From contig CAZNZM010000003.1 of assembly GCA_964577555.1 (NCBI GenBank), forward strand, positions 92,915 to 124,914: a DNA stretch of 32,000 nucleotides, given 5' to 3'. Shown here in pieces: positions 19,121 to 27,961 of the stretch; positions within the stretch are counted from its first letter, which is position 1, and the number at the start of each line of letters is the position of its first letter. A model generated the notes under the pieces. It ran no database searches. It was not told the origin of the DNA and was given only the letters and a program-made list of their open reading frames with translations. The position numbers and the translations under genes were made by a program. The DNA comes from an uncultured archaeon. Lineage in GTDB: Archaea > Iainarchaeota > Iainarchaeia > Iainarchaeales > Iainarchaeaceae.

Positions 19121-19134
19121 TTATTATATATATC
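19121..19134. promoter_or_regulatory. Near-palindromic TATA-rich element in a 55-bp divergent intergenic region
   Basis: TTATTATATATATC lies ~25 nt upstream of the ATG at 19155 (+) and ~28 nt upstream of the ATG at 19099 (-). Confidence 0.5.
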
Positions 19135-19154
19135 ATAAACAGATTTATTTGGTT

Positions 19155-19496
19155 ATGAATCTTAGACCTTCAATAACTAAAATGGCTGTTTGTTTTGCCG
19201 GTTCTTTGTTTGTGGGTTTTTTATTAATGACTTTTGGTGATAGAGCCAAGGATTTTGTCGGTTCTATTAGTACTTTGTATATGGGTCTTTTTGTAGCAGG
19301 TTATGTAAGTTCTTATGTGTATTTTTATCTCATGGCTAGTCTGGTTTTTGATTTTTCAAATGAAAAAGTTGAGAAAAATTATTTTGCTTTGCGTTCTTTG
19401 CTTATAATTTTAGTCACTATACTTGTTTTTTTCTTGAGCGATTTTATTTTCTTTCAATTAAGGCATTATAGTTTTATTCATTTGCTTTTGACGTAG
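19155..19496 (+). CDS. Small multi-pass membrane protein, unknown function
   Basis: 113 aa beginning MNLRPSITKMAVCFAGSLFVGFLLMTFG with three or four hydrophobic segments. Same frame as the longer 18525..19496 ORF, but the upstream part is antisense to scpA. Confidence 0.7.
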   Translation: MNLRPSITKMAVCFAGSLFVGFLLMTFGDRAKDFVGSISTLYMGLFVAGYVSSYVYFYLMASLVFDFSNEKVEKNYFALRSLLIILVTILVFFLSDFIFFQLRHYSFIHLLLT

Positions 19497-19506
19497 CTTG
19501 AAAATT

Positions 19507-20757
19507 TTATGTTCCTTCTTTCCAGCTTGAAAGGTATTTTTTTTGTTCTTTTGTCAAGCTTCCTGTTTTGATTCCCATTGCAGCCAATTGGAGTCTTGCA
19601 ATATTATCATCTATTTCTGTTGGTAATCTGTGCAATCCTGGCTTGAGTTTGTTTTTAAATCCGTATTCCAATGCAAGTGCCTGGCCGCAAAAGCTTAGTG
19701 ACATTACTGTTGATGGGTGTCCTTCTGCGGCTCCAAGATTCACGAGCCTTCCTTCCGCGCACAAATAAATTTTTTTTCCGTTTTTTAAAGTGTATTCGTC
19801 CAATTGCCATCTTATCCTTCTCTTTGATGAAGAAATTTTTTCAAGCGATTTGACGTCTATTTCCACGTCAAAATGTCCGGAATTTGCAAGAATTGCTCCA
19901 TTTTTCATTTTTGCAAAGTGTTCTTGTGCAATTACATGTTTGTTGCCTGTAACCGTAATAAAAACATCGCCTATTGGCAAAGCCTCTTCAATTGGCATTA
20001 CCCAATAACCGTCCATTTTGGCTTGCAACGCTTTTACAGGATCAACTTCTACTACTATTACGTTGCTTCCTAATCCCCGGGCTCTTAAAGCAACTCCTTT
20101 GCCGCAATCTCCGTAGCCAATGACAATAACCGTTTTGCCTGCAAAAAGTATGTTGGTTGCCCTTAATATTCCGTCAATAGTGCTTTGTCCCGTGCCATAA
20201 AAATTGTCAAACAAATGTTTGGTTTTATTGTCATTCACTGCAATTACGGGGTATTTTAATGCTCCTTCCCTTTCCATTGCTTTTAGCCTTATTACTCCTG
20301 TAGTTGTTTCTTCTGTGCCGACTTTTATTTCATCCAACAATTCCTTTCTTTTTGTGTGTATTTCTGTGACAAGGTCGAGACCGTCATCAATCGTTGCGGT
20401 TGGCTTGAAATCCAGGACTTTGTTCAGGTACTCGTAGTACTCTTCTTTTGATTCGCCTTTTTTTGCATAAACTTTTACGCCTTCTTCTGCCAAAGCTGCG
20501 GCAACGTCGTCTTGTGTACTCAAAGGATTGCATCCGGTGATTGCCACTTTGGCTCCGCCTGCAACAAGCGTTCTTACAAGCACTGCGGTTTCTTTGGTGA
20601 CATGCAAAGCCATTCCGATTCTTTCGCCTTTAAATGGCTTTTCTTTTTCAAATCTTTTTTTTACTTCCAAAAGGGCGCTCATTTGGGATTCGGCCCATTC
20701 AATGTTCATTTTTCCTTGTCCTGCCAATTTCGCGTCTTTTACAATGCTATCCGACAC
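19507..20757 (-). CDS. ahcY: Adenosylhomocysteinase (or inosylhomocysteinase-like archaeal paralogue)
   Basis: VAITGCNPLSTQDDVAAAL, DNKTKHLFDNFYGTGQSTIDGILRATN, VIGYGDCGKGVALRARGLG and EGRLVNLGAAEGHPSTVMSLSF. Confidence 0.96.
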   Translation of the reverse strand: MSDSIVKDAKLAGQGKMNIEWAESQMSALLEVKKRFEKEKPFKGERIGMALHVTKETAVLVRTLVAGGAKVAITGCNPLSTQDDVAAALAEEGVKVYAKKGESKEEYYEYLNKVLDFKPTATIDDGLDLVTEIHTKRKELLDEIKVGTEETTTGVIRLKAMEREGALKYPVIAVNDNKTKHLFDNFYGTGQSTIDGILRATNILFAGKTVIVIGYGDCGKGVALRARGLGSNVIVVEVDPVKALQAKMDGYWVMPIEEALPIGDVFITVTGNKHVIAQEHFAKMKNGAILANSGHFDVEIDVKSLEKISSSKRRIRWQLDEYTLKNGKKIYLCAEGRLVNLGAAEGHPSTVMSLSFCGQALALEYGFKNKLKPGLHRLPTEIDDNIARLQLAAMGIKTGSLTKEQKKYLSSWKEGT

Positions 20758-20828
20758 CTAATCACCTAACTATTCAAACCTGAAAAACAATATAAATGTG
20801 GCTTGTTTAATAAATTGTTATTGTTTTT

Positions 20829-21170
20829 TTACAAGTATTTAACGAATTTGTTATTTTCGTCAACCAAAACGATTTTTGGTTTGATTGTTTTATCAGTTAA
20901 TTCAAAACCCATTATGATTATTTCCTCTCCAGTTTTAATCAAGTGGGCTGCCGCGCCATTCATGCAAATTATTCCTGAATTTTTTTTGCCTGAAATAACA
21001 TAAGTTTCCAATCTTGCACCAGAAGTATTGCTGACCACCAAAACTTTTTCGCCTTGTAAAAAACCTGCTTTTTCTATCAAGTTTTCATCAATCGTGATGC
21101 TGCCAATATAGTTCAAGTTGGCTTCTGTAACTGTTGCTTTATGAATTTTTGAACGCAACAACCATCTCAT
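20829..21170 (-). CDS. panD: Aspartate 1-decarboxylase, bacterial pyruvoyl type
   Basis: LLRSKIHKATVTEANLNYIGSITIDENLIEKAG...GARLETYVISGKKNSGIICMNGAAAHLIKTGEEIIIM matches PanD end to end, including the Gly-Ser self-cleavage site (YIGSITID). Confidence 0.95.
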   Translation of the reverse strand: MRWLLRSKIHKATVTEANLNYIGSITIDENLIEKAGFLQGEKVLVVSNTSGARLETYVISGKKNSGIICMNGAAAHLIKTGEEIIIMGFELTDKTIKPKIVLVDENNKFVKYL

Positions 21171-21228
21171 ATTATGGCTTTCTATTAAGATGTTGTAATA
21201 AATTTTTATGGTTTGAAAGCAGATTTGT

Positions 21229-22137
21229 TTAAAATTTCACAAATTTTGAGAATTCTGCATATCTTTTTTTTACGTCCTTTATTGTTATTTCTTTGAGGCG
21301 GTTTATTGAAAAGCCTTCGGCGTTGTAGGATGCCACGCTTGAACCGTATACTATTGCTTTTCTCATGTTTTTTTCGGAAAAATCCTTTGTTTTGGACAAG
21401 TATCCTATGATGGCTCCGCCGAAACAATCGCCTGAGCCTGTTGGGTCTATTACATTTTCAAGCGGATATCCCGAACAAGCAAAATAAGTTTTTTTGGTGA
21501 ATGCAACGCAACCATGTTCACCTTTTTTGATAATCGCTATTTTTGAATCAAGTTTTAGGATTTCTTCAGCGGCTTTTTTCAGGTTTGAGGTTTTGAACAA
21601 TTGCCTGGCTTCTGCATCATTTATTAAAGCAATGTCAACTTCTTTTACAACTTCCAGCACTTTATTTCTTGAATTGGTTATCCACAAGTTCATGGTGTCT
21701 GCTATGGCAAGCTTTGGTCTTTTTTTGAATTGTGATAAAACTTGAAGTTGTGTTTCAGGGCTTAAGTTTCCAAGAAAAAGGAAATCAGTTTTTTTGTATT
21801 CTTCCGGGAGTTTTGGCTTGAAATCTTCAAGCACGTTTAAATCTGTTTTTAGCGTAATTGCTGTGTTGATGTCAAGCCCGTATTCTCCTGCCCAGTGAAA
21901 TGTGTTTCCTTCTGCAACTTCAAGTCCTTTCAAGTCTATTTTTTTGCTTTTCAGCAAATTTAATCCTTGCTCTGGATAATTTTTTCCAATTATGCTGACA
22001 ATTCCGGGTTTTGCGAACAAAGAACATGCGATGGCTGCATATATTGCCGAGCCGCCAAGAACGTTTTTTGCTTCGCCAAAAGGTGTTTTTATGTCGTCAA
22101 TGGCTGCAGAGCCGACTATTACTACTTCAGGTTTCAT
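21229..22137 (-). CDS. PfkB-family carbohydrate/nucleoside kinase
   Basis: VLGGSAIYAAIACSLF and DPTGSGDCFGGAIIGYL PfkB signatures; ADTMNLWI segment. Overlaps the adk stop by 4 nt. Confidence 0.92.
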   Translation of the reverse strand: MKPEVVIVGSAAIDDIKTPFGEAKNVLGGSAIYAAIACSLFAKPGIVSIIGKNYPEQGLNLLKSKKIDLKGLEVAEGNTFHWAGEYGLDINTAITLKTDLNVLEDFKPKLPEEYKKTDFLFLGNLSPETQLQVLSQFKKRPKLAIADTMNLWITNSRNKVLEVVKEVDIALINDAEARQLFKTSNLKKAAEEILKLDSKIAIIKKGEHGCVAFTKKTYFACSGYPLENVIDPTGSGDCFGGAIIGYLSKTKDFSEKNMRKAIVYGSSVASYNAEGFSINRLKEITIKDVKKRYAEFSKFVKF

Positions 22138-22784
22138 TTTTTGTCCTCGTATTTTGAAAGAATTTTTTCCACTTCTTGGAATATTTCGTGCAGTGTCCTG
22201 TTGCCGTCAACTTTGACAAGTATTTTTTTCTTTTTGTAGAATTCTATGAGCGGTTTTGTTGTTTCATTATAAATTTTCAACCTTTTTCTGACTGTTTCAG
22301 GTTTGTCGTCTTCCCTGAGAATTGTTTCTGAATTGCAATCGTCGCATTTGCCTTCGATTTTTGAAGGCACGTCCAATCCGTAGATTCTTTTGCATTTTAT
22401 GCATTGTCTTCTTGCTGAAAGTCTTTTCACAATGACTTCGTCTCTTGAATCTATTTCTAAAACAATGTCTATTTGAATTTTCAATTCTGCAAGCAAATGG
22501 TCAAGCAATTCCGCTTGGTTTAAATTTCTTGGGAATCCGTCAAGTACAAAATTTGTTTTGAGTTTTGACAATTTGTCAATTAGTATTTTCAGCACTATTT
22601 CGTCTTCAACTAATTTTCCTTCAGCCATTATCGGCCCTATTTTTTTTCCAAGTTCTGTTTGCATTGCAACTTCTTCCCTTAAAAGGTCGCCGGTGGAAAC
22701 GTGGATGCAATTAAATCTTGTTTCAATGAATTTTGAAATGGTTCCTTTGCCTGTGCCAGGAGGCCCTAAAACAATTAAATTCAT
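22134..22784 (-). CDS. adk: Adenylate kinase with zinc-finger LID
   Basis: MNLIVLGPPGTGKGT, VLDGFPRNLNQAE, and a CIKC...CDDC LID. Start set at MNLIVLG (22784). Confidence 0.95.
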   Translation of the reverse strand: MNLIVLGPPGTGKGTISKFIETRFNCIHVSTGDLLREEVAMQTELGKKIGPIMAEGKLVEDEIVLKILIDKLSKLKTNFVLDGFPRNLNQAELLDHLLAELKIQIDIVLEIDSRDEVIVKRLSARRQCIKCKRIYGLDVPSKIEGKCDDCNSETILREDDKPETVRKRLKIYNETTKPLIEFYKKKKILVKVDGNRTLHEIFQEVEKILSKYEDKK

Positions 22785-22895
22785 AAAAAACCCAAACGAC
22801 AAAGAACGAAAAGAATTATAAAAGAATTATCAAAAGTGGCATAAAATCATTTTATAAAAACAAGATAATCAATATTAGAATAATATTTTCATGCT

Positions 22896-23744
22896 GTGAG
22901 TGGTTGGAAAATGGTTAATGATTTTTTTTATGAGTATTTGTGCAGGCCGATGATTGACCCAAACGTTTCGCCGTATAATTTGGTTAATTATGCGGTTTAT
23001 ATTGGTGTTTTGGCTGTAATAGTTGTTTTTTTTCTTTATCCTTTTTTAGATCGCAAGGGGATAAAGTTTGATTTCAAATTTGTTGTAGCGCTTTTGCCTT
23101 TTGTTTTGTTTGGCTCTTCTTTCAGGGTGCTTAATGATATTGGCATTTTTAAGGACACTTGTGATCCTTTTTCATTCGATTTTTATACTTTTACTCCTGG
23201 AATTTGGTTTCTTACCGCTGCCTTGGCTTTGATTTCTCTGTTCGTTGCTAAAAAGTTTTCACATACTGAAGAAGGTTTTGAGAAGCTTTTTGCAGCTATT
23301 GGAGTGGCATTTTGCATACCTTTACTGTTGTTTGAATTTCAAATATTTAGATCGTGGAATGAGTTTGTTTTGGTAATAGTGTTTGTTGTTTTAATCACTC
23401 TTGCAACAAGGTTTTTTGTTACTATTTTAAACAAAAAATTTTTTTCCGACGGCTTGAATTTTCTTGCTATTACCGGCCAAGTTTTGGACGGTTCTGCAAC
23501 TTTTGTTGCGACAAAAGTTTTGAGGTGTGAGGAGCAACATCCGCTTAGCGATGCAATCCTTGGAATAAACCCGTTGTTTTTTGTTTTGATTAAAATTATT
23601 TTGGCTTTGCTTATAATTTATTATCTTGACAAAGAAATACCTGACAAAAACCAACGCGGTTTCATAAAAATGGTTGTCATCATATTTGGTTTTGCCCCGG
23701 GTTTAAGGGACCTTATGACTATCGGTGCAGGTACTTGCATTTAG
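22896..23744 (+). CDS. DUF63-like archaeal polytopic membrane protein
   Basis: PNVSPYNLVNYAVY, FGSSFRVLNDIGIF, GQVLDGSATFVA and APGLRDLMTIGAG, with many TM segments. GTG start at 22896, or ATG at 22911. Confidence 0.82.
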   Translation: MSGWKMVNDFFYEYLCRPMIDPNVSPYNLVNYAVYIGVLAVIVVFFLYPFLDRKGIKFDFKFVVALLPFVLFGSSFRVLNDIGIFKDTCDPFSFDFYTFTPGIWFLTAALALISLFVAKKFSHTEEGFEKLFAAIGVAFCIPLLLFEFQIFRSWNEFVLVIVFVVLITLATRFFVTILNKKFFSDGLNFLAITGQVLDGSATFVATKVLRCEEQHPLSDAILGINPLFFVLIKIILALLIIYYLDKEIPDKNQRGFIKMVVIIFGFAPGLRDLMTIGAGTCI

Positions 23745-23842
23745 GCAACAAAATTGTTTTTGTCAGCAAAAATAAAAAATAGGGTTTAATGGTTTTGCTT
23801 GTTGCAAATGGAAATTTAAATATTAATGCCTATTTGTTGATT

Positions 23843-24604
23843 ATGCTTTGTCTTGTGGGGCTTGGTTTAAAACCTTCTCATGTTACTAAAGAGGCTATTG
23901 AAGCCTTGAAGAATTCGTCGGAAGTGTTTGTAGAGGATTATACTTCGAATTATTCTGATGGGGATCTTAAATGGCTGGAGGGTGAAATAGGCAAGTCTAT
24001 TACAATGCTTGGCCGCCAAGAAGTTGAAAGCGGGAAAATTTTGTTGCAAAAAGCAATGCAAAAAAAATCCGTTGTGTCGCTTGCAGTGTTTGGCAACCCA
24101 ATGAATGCAACTACTCATTTGCAACTTGTATTGGATGCTTGCGAGCAAAAAATTCCTGTTAAAGTAATACCCGGCATAAGCATATTCGAGTATGTTGCTT
24201 TTACAGGGCTTGACAGGTACAAATTTGGCAGGACAACTACAATTGTTTTTCATGAACATGATTACGAGCCTGAAAGTTTTTATGATGTCATTGTGTCAAA
24301 CAAAAAAGCAGGTTTGCATACTCTTTGCCTGCTTGATATAAAGCGAGAAGAGAACAAGCTTATGGAAATAAAGCATGCTTTGTCAACTCTTGAAATGATT
24401 GAAGAAAGAAGGGAATTGAATATTTTGGGGGATAGTATAATCGTCGGAATTGCTGGTGCTGGTTCCGAAGGTCAACAATTTAAGGCAGGGACTTTAGAAA
24501 GCTTGAAAAAATTTGATTTTTCAAAATTCCCGCAATCAATTATTGTTTGCGGCAAGCTGAATGAAAAGGAAATGGAAGGCTTGAAGGCTTTGTGTGGTTT
24601 GTAA
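23843..24604 (+). CDS. dphB: Diphthine synthase
   Basis: MLCLVGLGLKPSHVTKEAIEALKNSSEVFVEDYTS and AFTGLDRYKFGRTTTIVF characteristic of DphB. Start at 23843 fits the family better than 23789. Confidence 0.93.
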   Translation: MLCLVGLGLKPSHVTKEAIEALKNSSEVFVEDYTSNYSDGDLKWLEGEIGKSITMLGRQEVESGKILLQKAMQKKSVVSLAVFGNPMNATTHLQLVLDACEQKIPVKVIPGISIFEYVAFTGLDRYKFGRTTTIVFHEHDYEPESFYDVIVSNKKAGLHTLCLLDIKREENKLMEIKHALSTLEMIEERRELNILGDSIIVGIAGAGSEGQQFKAGTLESLKKFDFSKFPQSIIVCGKLNEKEMEGLKALCGL

Positions 24605-24894
24605 TGAAAAAGGAAAATTTAAAGCAAAAAATTGAAAAATACCGAAACTTGACAAGAGAGGCTCTTGAAAAGGCGTCGGTGCAAAAGCATGCTACAAAAA
24701 AAGAAGCCTTGCTGGCGAATAAATTGCTTGAAATGGCCAGGGCATATTTTGAAGACGCTAAATATTTCGAGTCAAAAAAAATGTTTTTAACCGCGCTTGC
24801 AGCTTATAGTTATGCACACGCTTGGCTTGATGCAGGCGTAATGCTTGGGTTGCTTGACGGCAAAAATGATGACAAATTGTTTATATTGCCTTGA
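24604..24894 (+). CDS. DUF357-like archaeal protein
   Basis: YFEDAKYFESKKMFLTALAAYSYAHAWLDAGVMLGLLDG is the DUF357 core. ATG overlaps the dphB stop codon (TAATG), implying translational coupling. Confidence 0.85.
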   Translation: MKKENLKQKIEKYRNLTREALEKASVQKHATKKEALLANKLLEMARAYFEDAKYFESKKMFLTALAAYSYAHAWLDAGVMLGLLDGKNDDKLFILP

Positions 24895-24947
24895 AACAAG
24901 CAAAATGGCAATGATTAATAATATTTTCCAAATTATATTGCAATGCC

Positions 24948-25412
24948 ATGGGGATTTATGAACCTAATTTGTATTTGGATTTTTCAAGCAAGGAATGGAA
25001 ATTTATACTAATATTTATCGCATTAATTTTTATTAGTCTGATTCTTTATTTTGTTTTTTTTCAATCAACCAAATATGCTACGGATTTGATTACAATAAAA
25101 TTCGACAAAAACCCGTTGAAATCTTCTGAAATAGGCAAGGCCACTGTAATAGTGAGCAACAATACTGATTATGATGCACAAAACGTTGCAATATCATTGA
25201 TTTCAAAGGCAAAATCCGATTTTGACATATACCCTGCAAATCCTGCATTCAAAGGTTCGATAGATGAACTTTCAAAAGGCACTTCAAGGGAAATCACTTT
25301 TATAATAAACCCGTCAAAAAAAATATTGCCTGGCACATATACTTTTGTTGCCACAGCTACTTTGAATGGAAAAACAATTACAAACGAATCAATGCTTACA
25401 ATAAAAGACTAG
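24948..25412 (+). CDS. Membrane-anchored protein with an extracellular CARDB-like beta-sandwich domain
   Basis: One TM (FILIFIALIFISLILYFVFF), then NNTDYDAQNVAISLISKAKSDFDIYPANPAFKG and PGTYTFVATATLNGKT typical of CARDB-like folds. Confidence 0.65.
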   Translation: MGIYEPNLYLDFSSKEWKFILIFIALIFISLILYFVFFQSTKYATDLITIKFDKNPLKSSEIGKATVIVSNNTDYDAQNVAISLISKAKSDFDIYPANPAFKGSIDELSKGTSREITFIINPSKKILPGTYTFVATATLNGKTITNESMLTIKD

Positions 25413-25430
25413 AAAAAAGTAATTCAAAAT

Positions 25431-25703
25431 TTAATATTTGATTGAAAAATTTTGAAATTCATTTTTTGGCTTGCTCCACGAAACTTTTACATTTTCAACG
25501 AATGCTGTTGGCGGGCCTTTTTCAATCGCTTTTAAAAATTTTTTCAAATTTTTCGAATTGCCTTCAGCAACAACTTCAACGCTTTTGTCTGGAAGGTTTT
25601 TAACATACCCTGAAACTCCATGCATTAATGCTTCGGCTTTTGCAAAATATCTGAAACCAACTCCTTGAACCCTGCCAAAAACAATTGCGTGAAGCCTTTC
25701 CAT
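25431..25703 (-). CDS. acyP: Acylphosphatase
   Basis: AIVFGRVQGVGFRYFAKAEALMHGVSGYVKNLPDKSVEVVAEG is the acylphosphatase signature. Confidence 0.95.
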   Translation of the reverse strand: MERLHAIVFGRVQGVGFRYFAKAEALMHGVSGYVKNLPDKSVEVVAEGNSKNLKKFLKAIEKGPPTAFVENVKVSWSKPKNEFQNFSIKY

Positions 25704-25711
25704 GAAAAATT

Positions 25712-26128
25712 TCACCTTTTGAGAATTCCAAGGGCTTCCCTGAAAACTTTTTTGTTGTCTTCATGGGTGAGCATTGATTCTACTTTTTCCTCTTCCACCC
25801 ATTGAAACGAATCGTGTTCTATTATTTCTTGTGTAAGGTCGATTGGTTCTGACATGTCAGCCTTGACCAAAAAAGGCGTGTAGTGGTATTCCAAATTTTT
25901 TGCAGTCCATGAAATCCTGGCTTGCAACCTTGAAAAAATCCTGGCTTTTAAAAGTCCTGTTTCTTCGCATATTTCCCGCAACACTGCTTGTTCCGGGTTT
26001 TCGCCTTCATCAATTCCGCCTTTGCAAAACTCCCACCCAACCCAATTTAATACTCTGTGCAAAAGCAGAAAATATCTTTTTCCGTTCTTTTCGTCAAATA
26101 TAATTGCTGTTACACCGTATTTTTTCAT
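25712..26128 (-). CDS. Nudix hydrolase
   Basis: Perfect Nudix box Gx5Ex7REUxEExGU: GGIDEGENPEQAVLREICEETGL. Start at MKKYGVTAIIFD (26128). Confidence 0.93.
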   Translation of the reverse strand: MKKYGVTAIIFDEKNGKRYFLLLHRVLNWVGWEFCKGGIDEGENPEQAVLREICEETGLLKARIFSRLQARISWTAKNLEYHYTPFLVKADMSEPIDLTQEIIEHDSFQWVEEEKVESMLTHEDNKKVFREALGILKR

Positions 26129-26152
26129 ATTCAAAAAAATATGTGTTGTATT

Positions 26153-26160
26153 ATATAAAT
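26153..26160 (-). promoter_or_regulatory. Putative TATA box for the Nudix-acyP operon
   Basis: TTTATATA on the minus strand, centred ~28 nt upstream of the ATG at 26128. Confidence 0.55.
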
Positions 26161-26447
26161 CATAATGTAAAACTTGTAAAATAATGTAAAATACGCTTTC
26201 AACTTTGAAATTTATTTTTTTTCTCTTTTTTTTGGCATAATTCATTCGTTTTAGCTTTTTTAGTTATTTGGTTTGAATTTGCTGGTTTTTTGCTTGTTTT
26301 TCTTGTTCAATTTTTTTTACAAATTTTATTTTTTTTTTAATTCAAATTGTTTTGTGGGTTGTTTTTTTATTTTTTCTTGGCATTTTTTTTGTTTTGTTTT
26401 AATTATTTTTTTTGTCTTTGTTGGCTTGGTTTTTTTGGGGTTTTGTT

Positions 26448-26526
26448 TTTTTTGTTGAGCCAATGTTGTTTTTTTATTAGTATATTTTTTTGGCTAACTA
26501 ATTTTTTTGCCAAGTTTTTTTTGTAA
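26448..26526 (+). repeat. 79-bp direct repeat, copy 1
   Basis: TTTTTTGTTGAGCCAATGTTGTTTTTTTATTAGTATATTTTTTTGGCTAACTAATTTTTTTGCCAAGTTTTTTTTGTAA; identical to 26681-26759. Confidence 0.95.
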
Positions 26527-26680
26527 GCCGATTTTTTTGTGTTGTTTTTTTTGTGATTTTATTTTTTTTTAATTTTAAATTGTTTTGTCTTTTTTTTGTC
26601 TTGTTTTTTTTGTTTGTTTTTGGCGAGCCGTTTTATTTTTTTATTTTTTTTGTTTGAAATTTTGTTTTTTTTCGGGCTAT

Positions 26681-26759
26681 TTTTTTGTTGAGCCAATGTT
26701 GTTTTTTTATTAGTATATTTTTTTGGCTAACTAATTTTTTTGCCAAGTTTTTTTTGTAA
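26681..26759 (+). repeat. 79-bp direct repeat, copy 2
   Basis: Identical to 26448-26526 at a 233-bp offset. Confidence 0.95.
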
Positions 26760-26885
26760 ACTGTTTTTTTCAGTTATTTTTTGTGAATTTGTTTTTTTAG
26801 CCTTGTTTTTTTGTTTTTGTCTAGGCTATTTTTTGGGTCATTTTTTTGTTTTTGTTTTTTAAATGGTTTTCATCTGTCTAATATT

Positions 26886-27953
26886 ATGGAATCATTCGGG
26901 GTTGTGATAGAGGAGAAAAAAGCTCAGGATTTGCTTGTTTTTCTTTCTTCTGAAGGATTGTTGAATCATTCTTTAAAGCCAAAAAAAGAAGATAAGAAGA
27001 TAGTTTTTCCTGTTTGTGAAGATGCAAAAAAATTTTTTGAAAAATTGTCTGAAAATTTTCCAAGTGTGAAAGCCGGTGTTTTTGATTTTGAAGAAAGGCG
27101 CAGAAAGCCGCATAGTCTTAAAGATGCTTTGAAAGGCGTTTTGAATGATTCTGAATTGAAGTTTTGCCCTTCTTCTTTTGATACTATTGGCGATTGCGCC
27201 ATACTTGAGCTTGAAGAGGAAATAAAGTCAAAGGCGAAAATAATTGGCGAGGCTTTGCTTGGTTTTAATCCTTCAATAAAAACGGTTTATTTAAAGACCG
27301 GTGCGCATCAAGGAGTTTTTCGCGAGGAACCTGTCAAGTATGTTTGTGGTGAAAAAAAAGATTATGCTTTTTATAAGGAGCATGGTTGTGTTTTCAGGGT
27401 TTCTGTTGGAAAGGTTTTTTTTACTCCGAGGCTTTCAACCGAAAGAAAAAGGATTGCCGGTTTGATTAAGCCTGGTGAAAGGGTTGCTTGTCTTTTTGCC
27501 GGTGTCGGTCCTTTTCCAATTGTTTTTGCAAAAAACTCGAAAATGTTTGAAGCTGTTGCAATAGAACTTAATCCTGTTGCTTTTGAGGATTTGAAAGAAA
27601 ATATAAAGTTGAACAAGGTTGAGGGCAAGATAAGGCCTTTTCTTGGTAATGTCAAGGATTTTTCTTTTGACAAGGATTTTTTAGGAAAGTTTGACAGGGT
27701 TGTAATGCCTTTGCCTAAAGGCGGAGAAGATTTTCTTGATGATGCGATAAGGTTTGTCAAGCCTGAAGGCGGTGTTATTCATTATTATCAATTTGTTTCG
27801 GTTGATGCTCCTTTTGTTGTTCCAAGGAGACAGATTGCCAATGCGTGTGCTAAGGCAAATAAAAAATTTGAGGTTGTTGGAGAGAAAAAAGTCAGGGATT
27901 ATTCTCCAGAAATGATTCAGGTTGTTGTTGATTTTAAGGTTTGGAGTGTTTAG
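26886..27953 (+). CDS. trm5: Trm5-family tRNA (guanine37-N1)-methyltransferase
   Basis: GEALLGFNPSIKTVYLKTGAHQGVFREEPVKYVCG, TPRLSTERKRIAGLIKPGERVACLFAGVGPFPIVFAK and DRVVMPLPKGGEDFLDDA match archaeal Trm5/Met-10+ proteins. Confidence 0.88.
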   Translation: MESFGVVIEEKKAQDLLVFLSSEGLLNHSLKPKKEDKKIVFPVCEDAKKFFEKLSENFPSVKAGVFDFEERRRKPHSLKDALKGVLNDSELKFCPSSFDTIGDCAILELEEEIKSKAKIIGEALLGFNPSIKTVYLKTGAHQGVFREEPVKYVCGEKKDYAFYKEHGCVFRVSVGKVFFTPRLSTERKRIAGLIKPGERVACLFAGVGPFPIVFAKNSKMFEAVAIELNPVAFEDLKENIKLNKVEGKIRPFLGNVKDFSFDKDFLGKFDRVVMPLPKGGEDFLDDAIRFVKPEGGVIHYYQFVSVDAPFVVPRRQIANACAKANKKFEVVGEKKVRDYSPEMIQVVVDFKVWSV

Positions 27954-27961
27954 TTTTTGTT

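Larger units (their letters stand above)
26209..26870. repeat. Low-complexity T/G-polarised spacer, family member, containing the 79-bp direct repeat
   Basis: Contains GGCTTGG (26423-26429), GTAAGCCG (26523-26530) and GCGAGCCG (26623-26630) between T-tracts. Confidence 0.8.

Noticed and set aside
18525-19154. 5' extension of plus ORF 18525..19496
   Set aside because: Entirely antisense to scpA, which has strong family motifs. Only the 19155-19496 portion looks like a real protein.
26448-26759. Interpreting the 79-bp repeats as transposon ends or a MITE
   Set aside because: Copies are direct, not inverted. No target-site duplication or transposase is visible, and the intervening sequence is the same low-complexity spacer material.
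26811-26885. Upstream extension of the Trm5 ORF (MFLSRLFFGSFFCFCFLNGF...)
   Set aside because: Phenylalanine/cysteine-rich translation of the T-rich spacer. The family N-terminus begins at MESFGVVIEEKKAQD (26886).
27696-27720. Trm5 MPLP in place of the NLP-like motif
   Set aside because: Considered as a possible loss-of-function variant, but similar PLP variants are plausible in archaeal Trm5 proteins and the other motifs are intact. Not strong enough to report.
27371-27760. 129-aa minus-strand ORF antisense to trm5
   Set aside because: The plus strand encodes clear Trm5 motifs over the same interval. The antisense ORF has no recognisable features.
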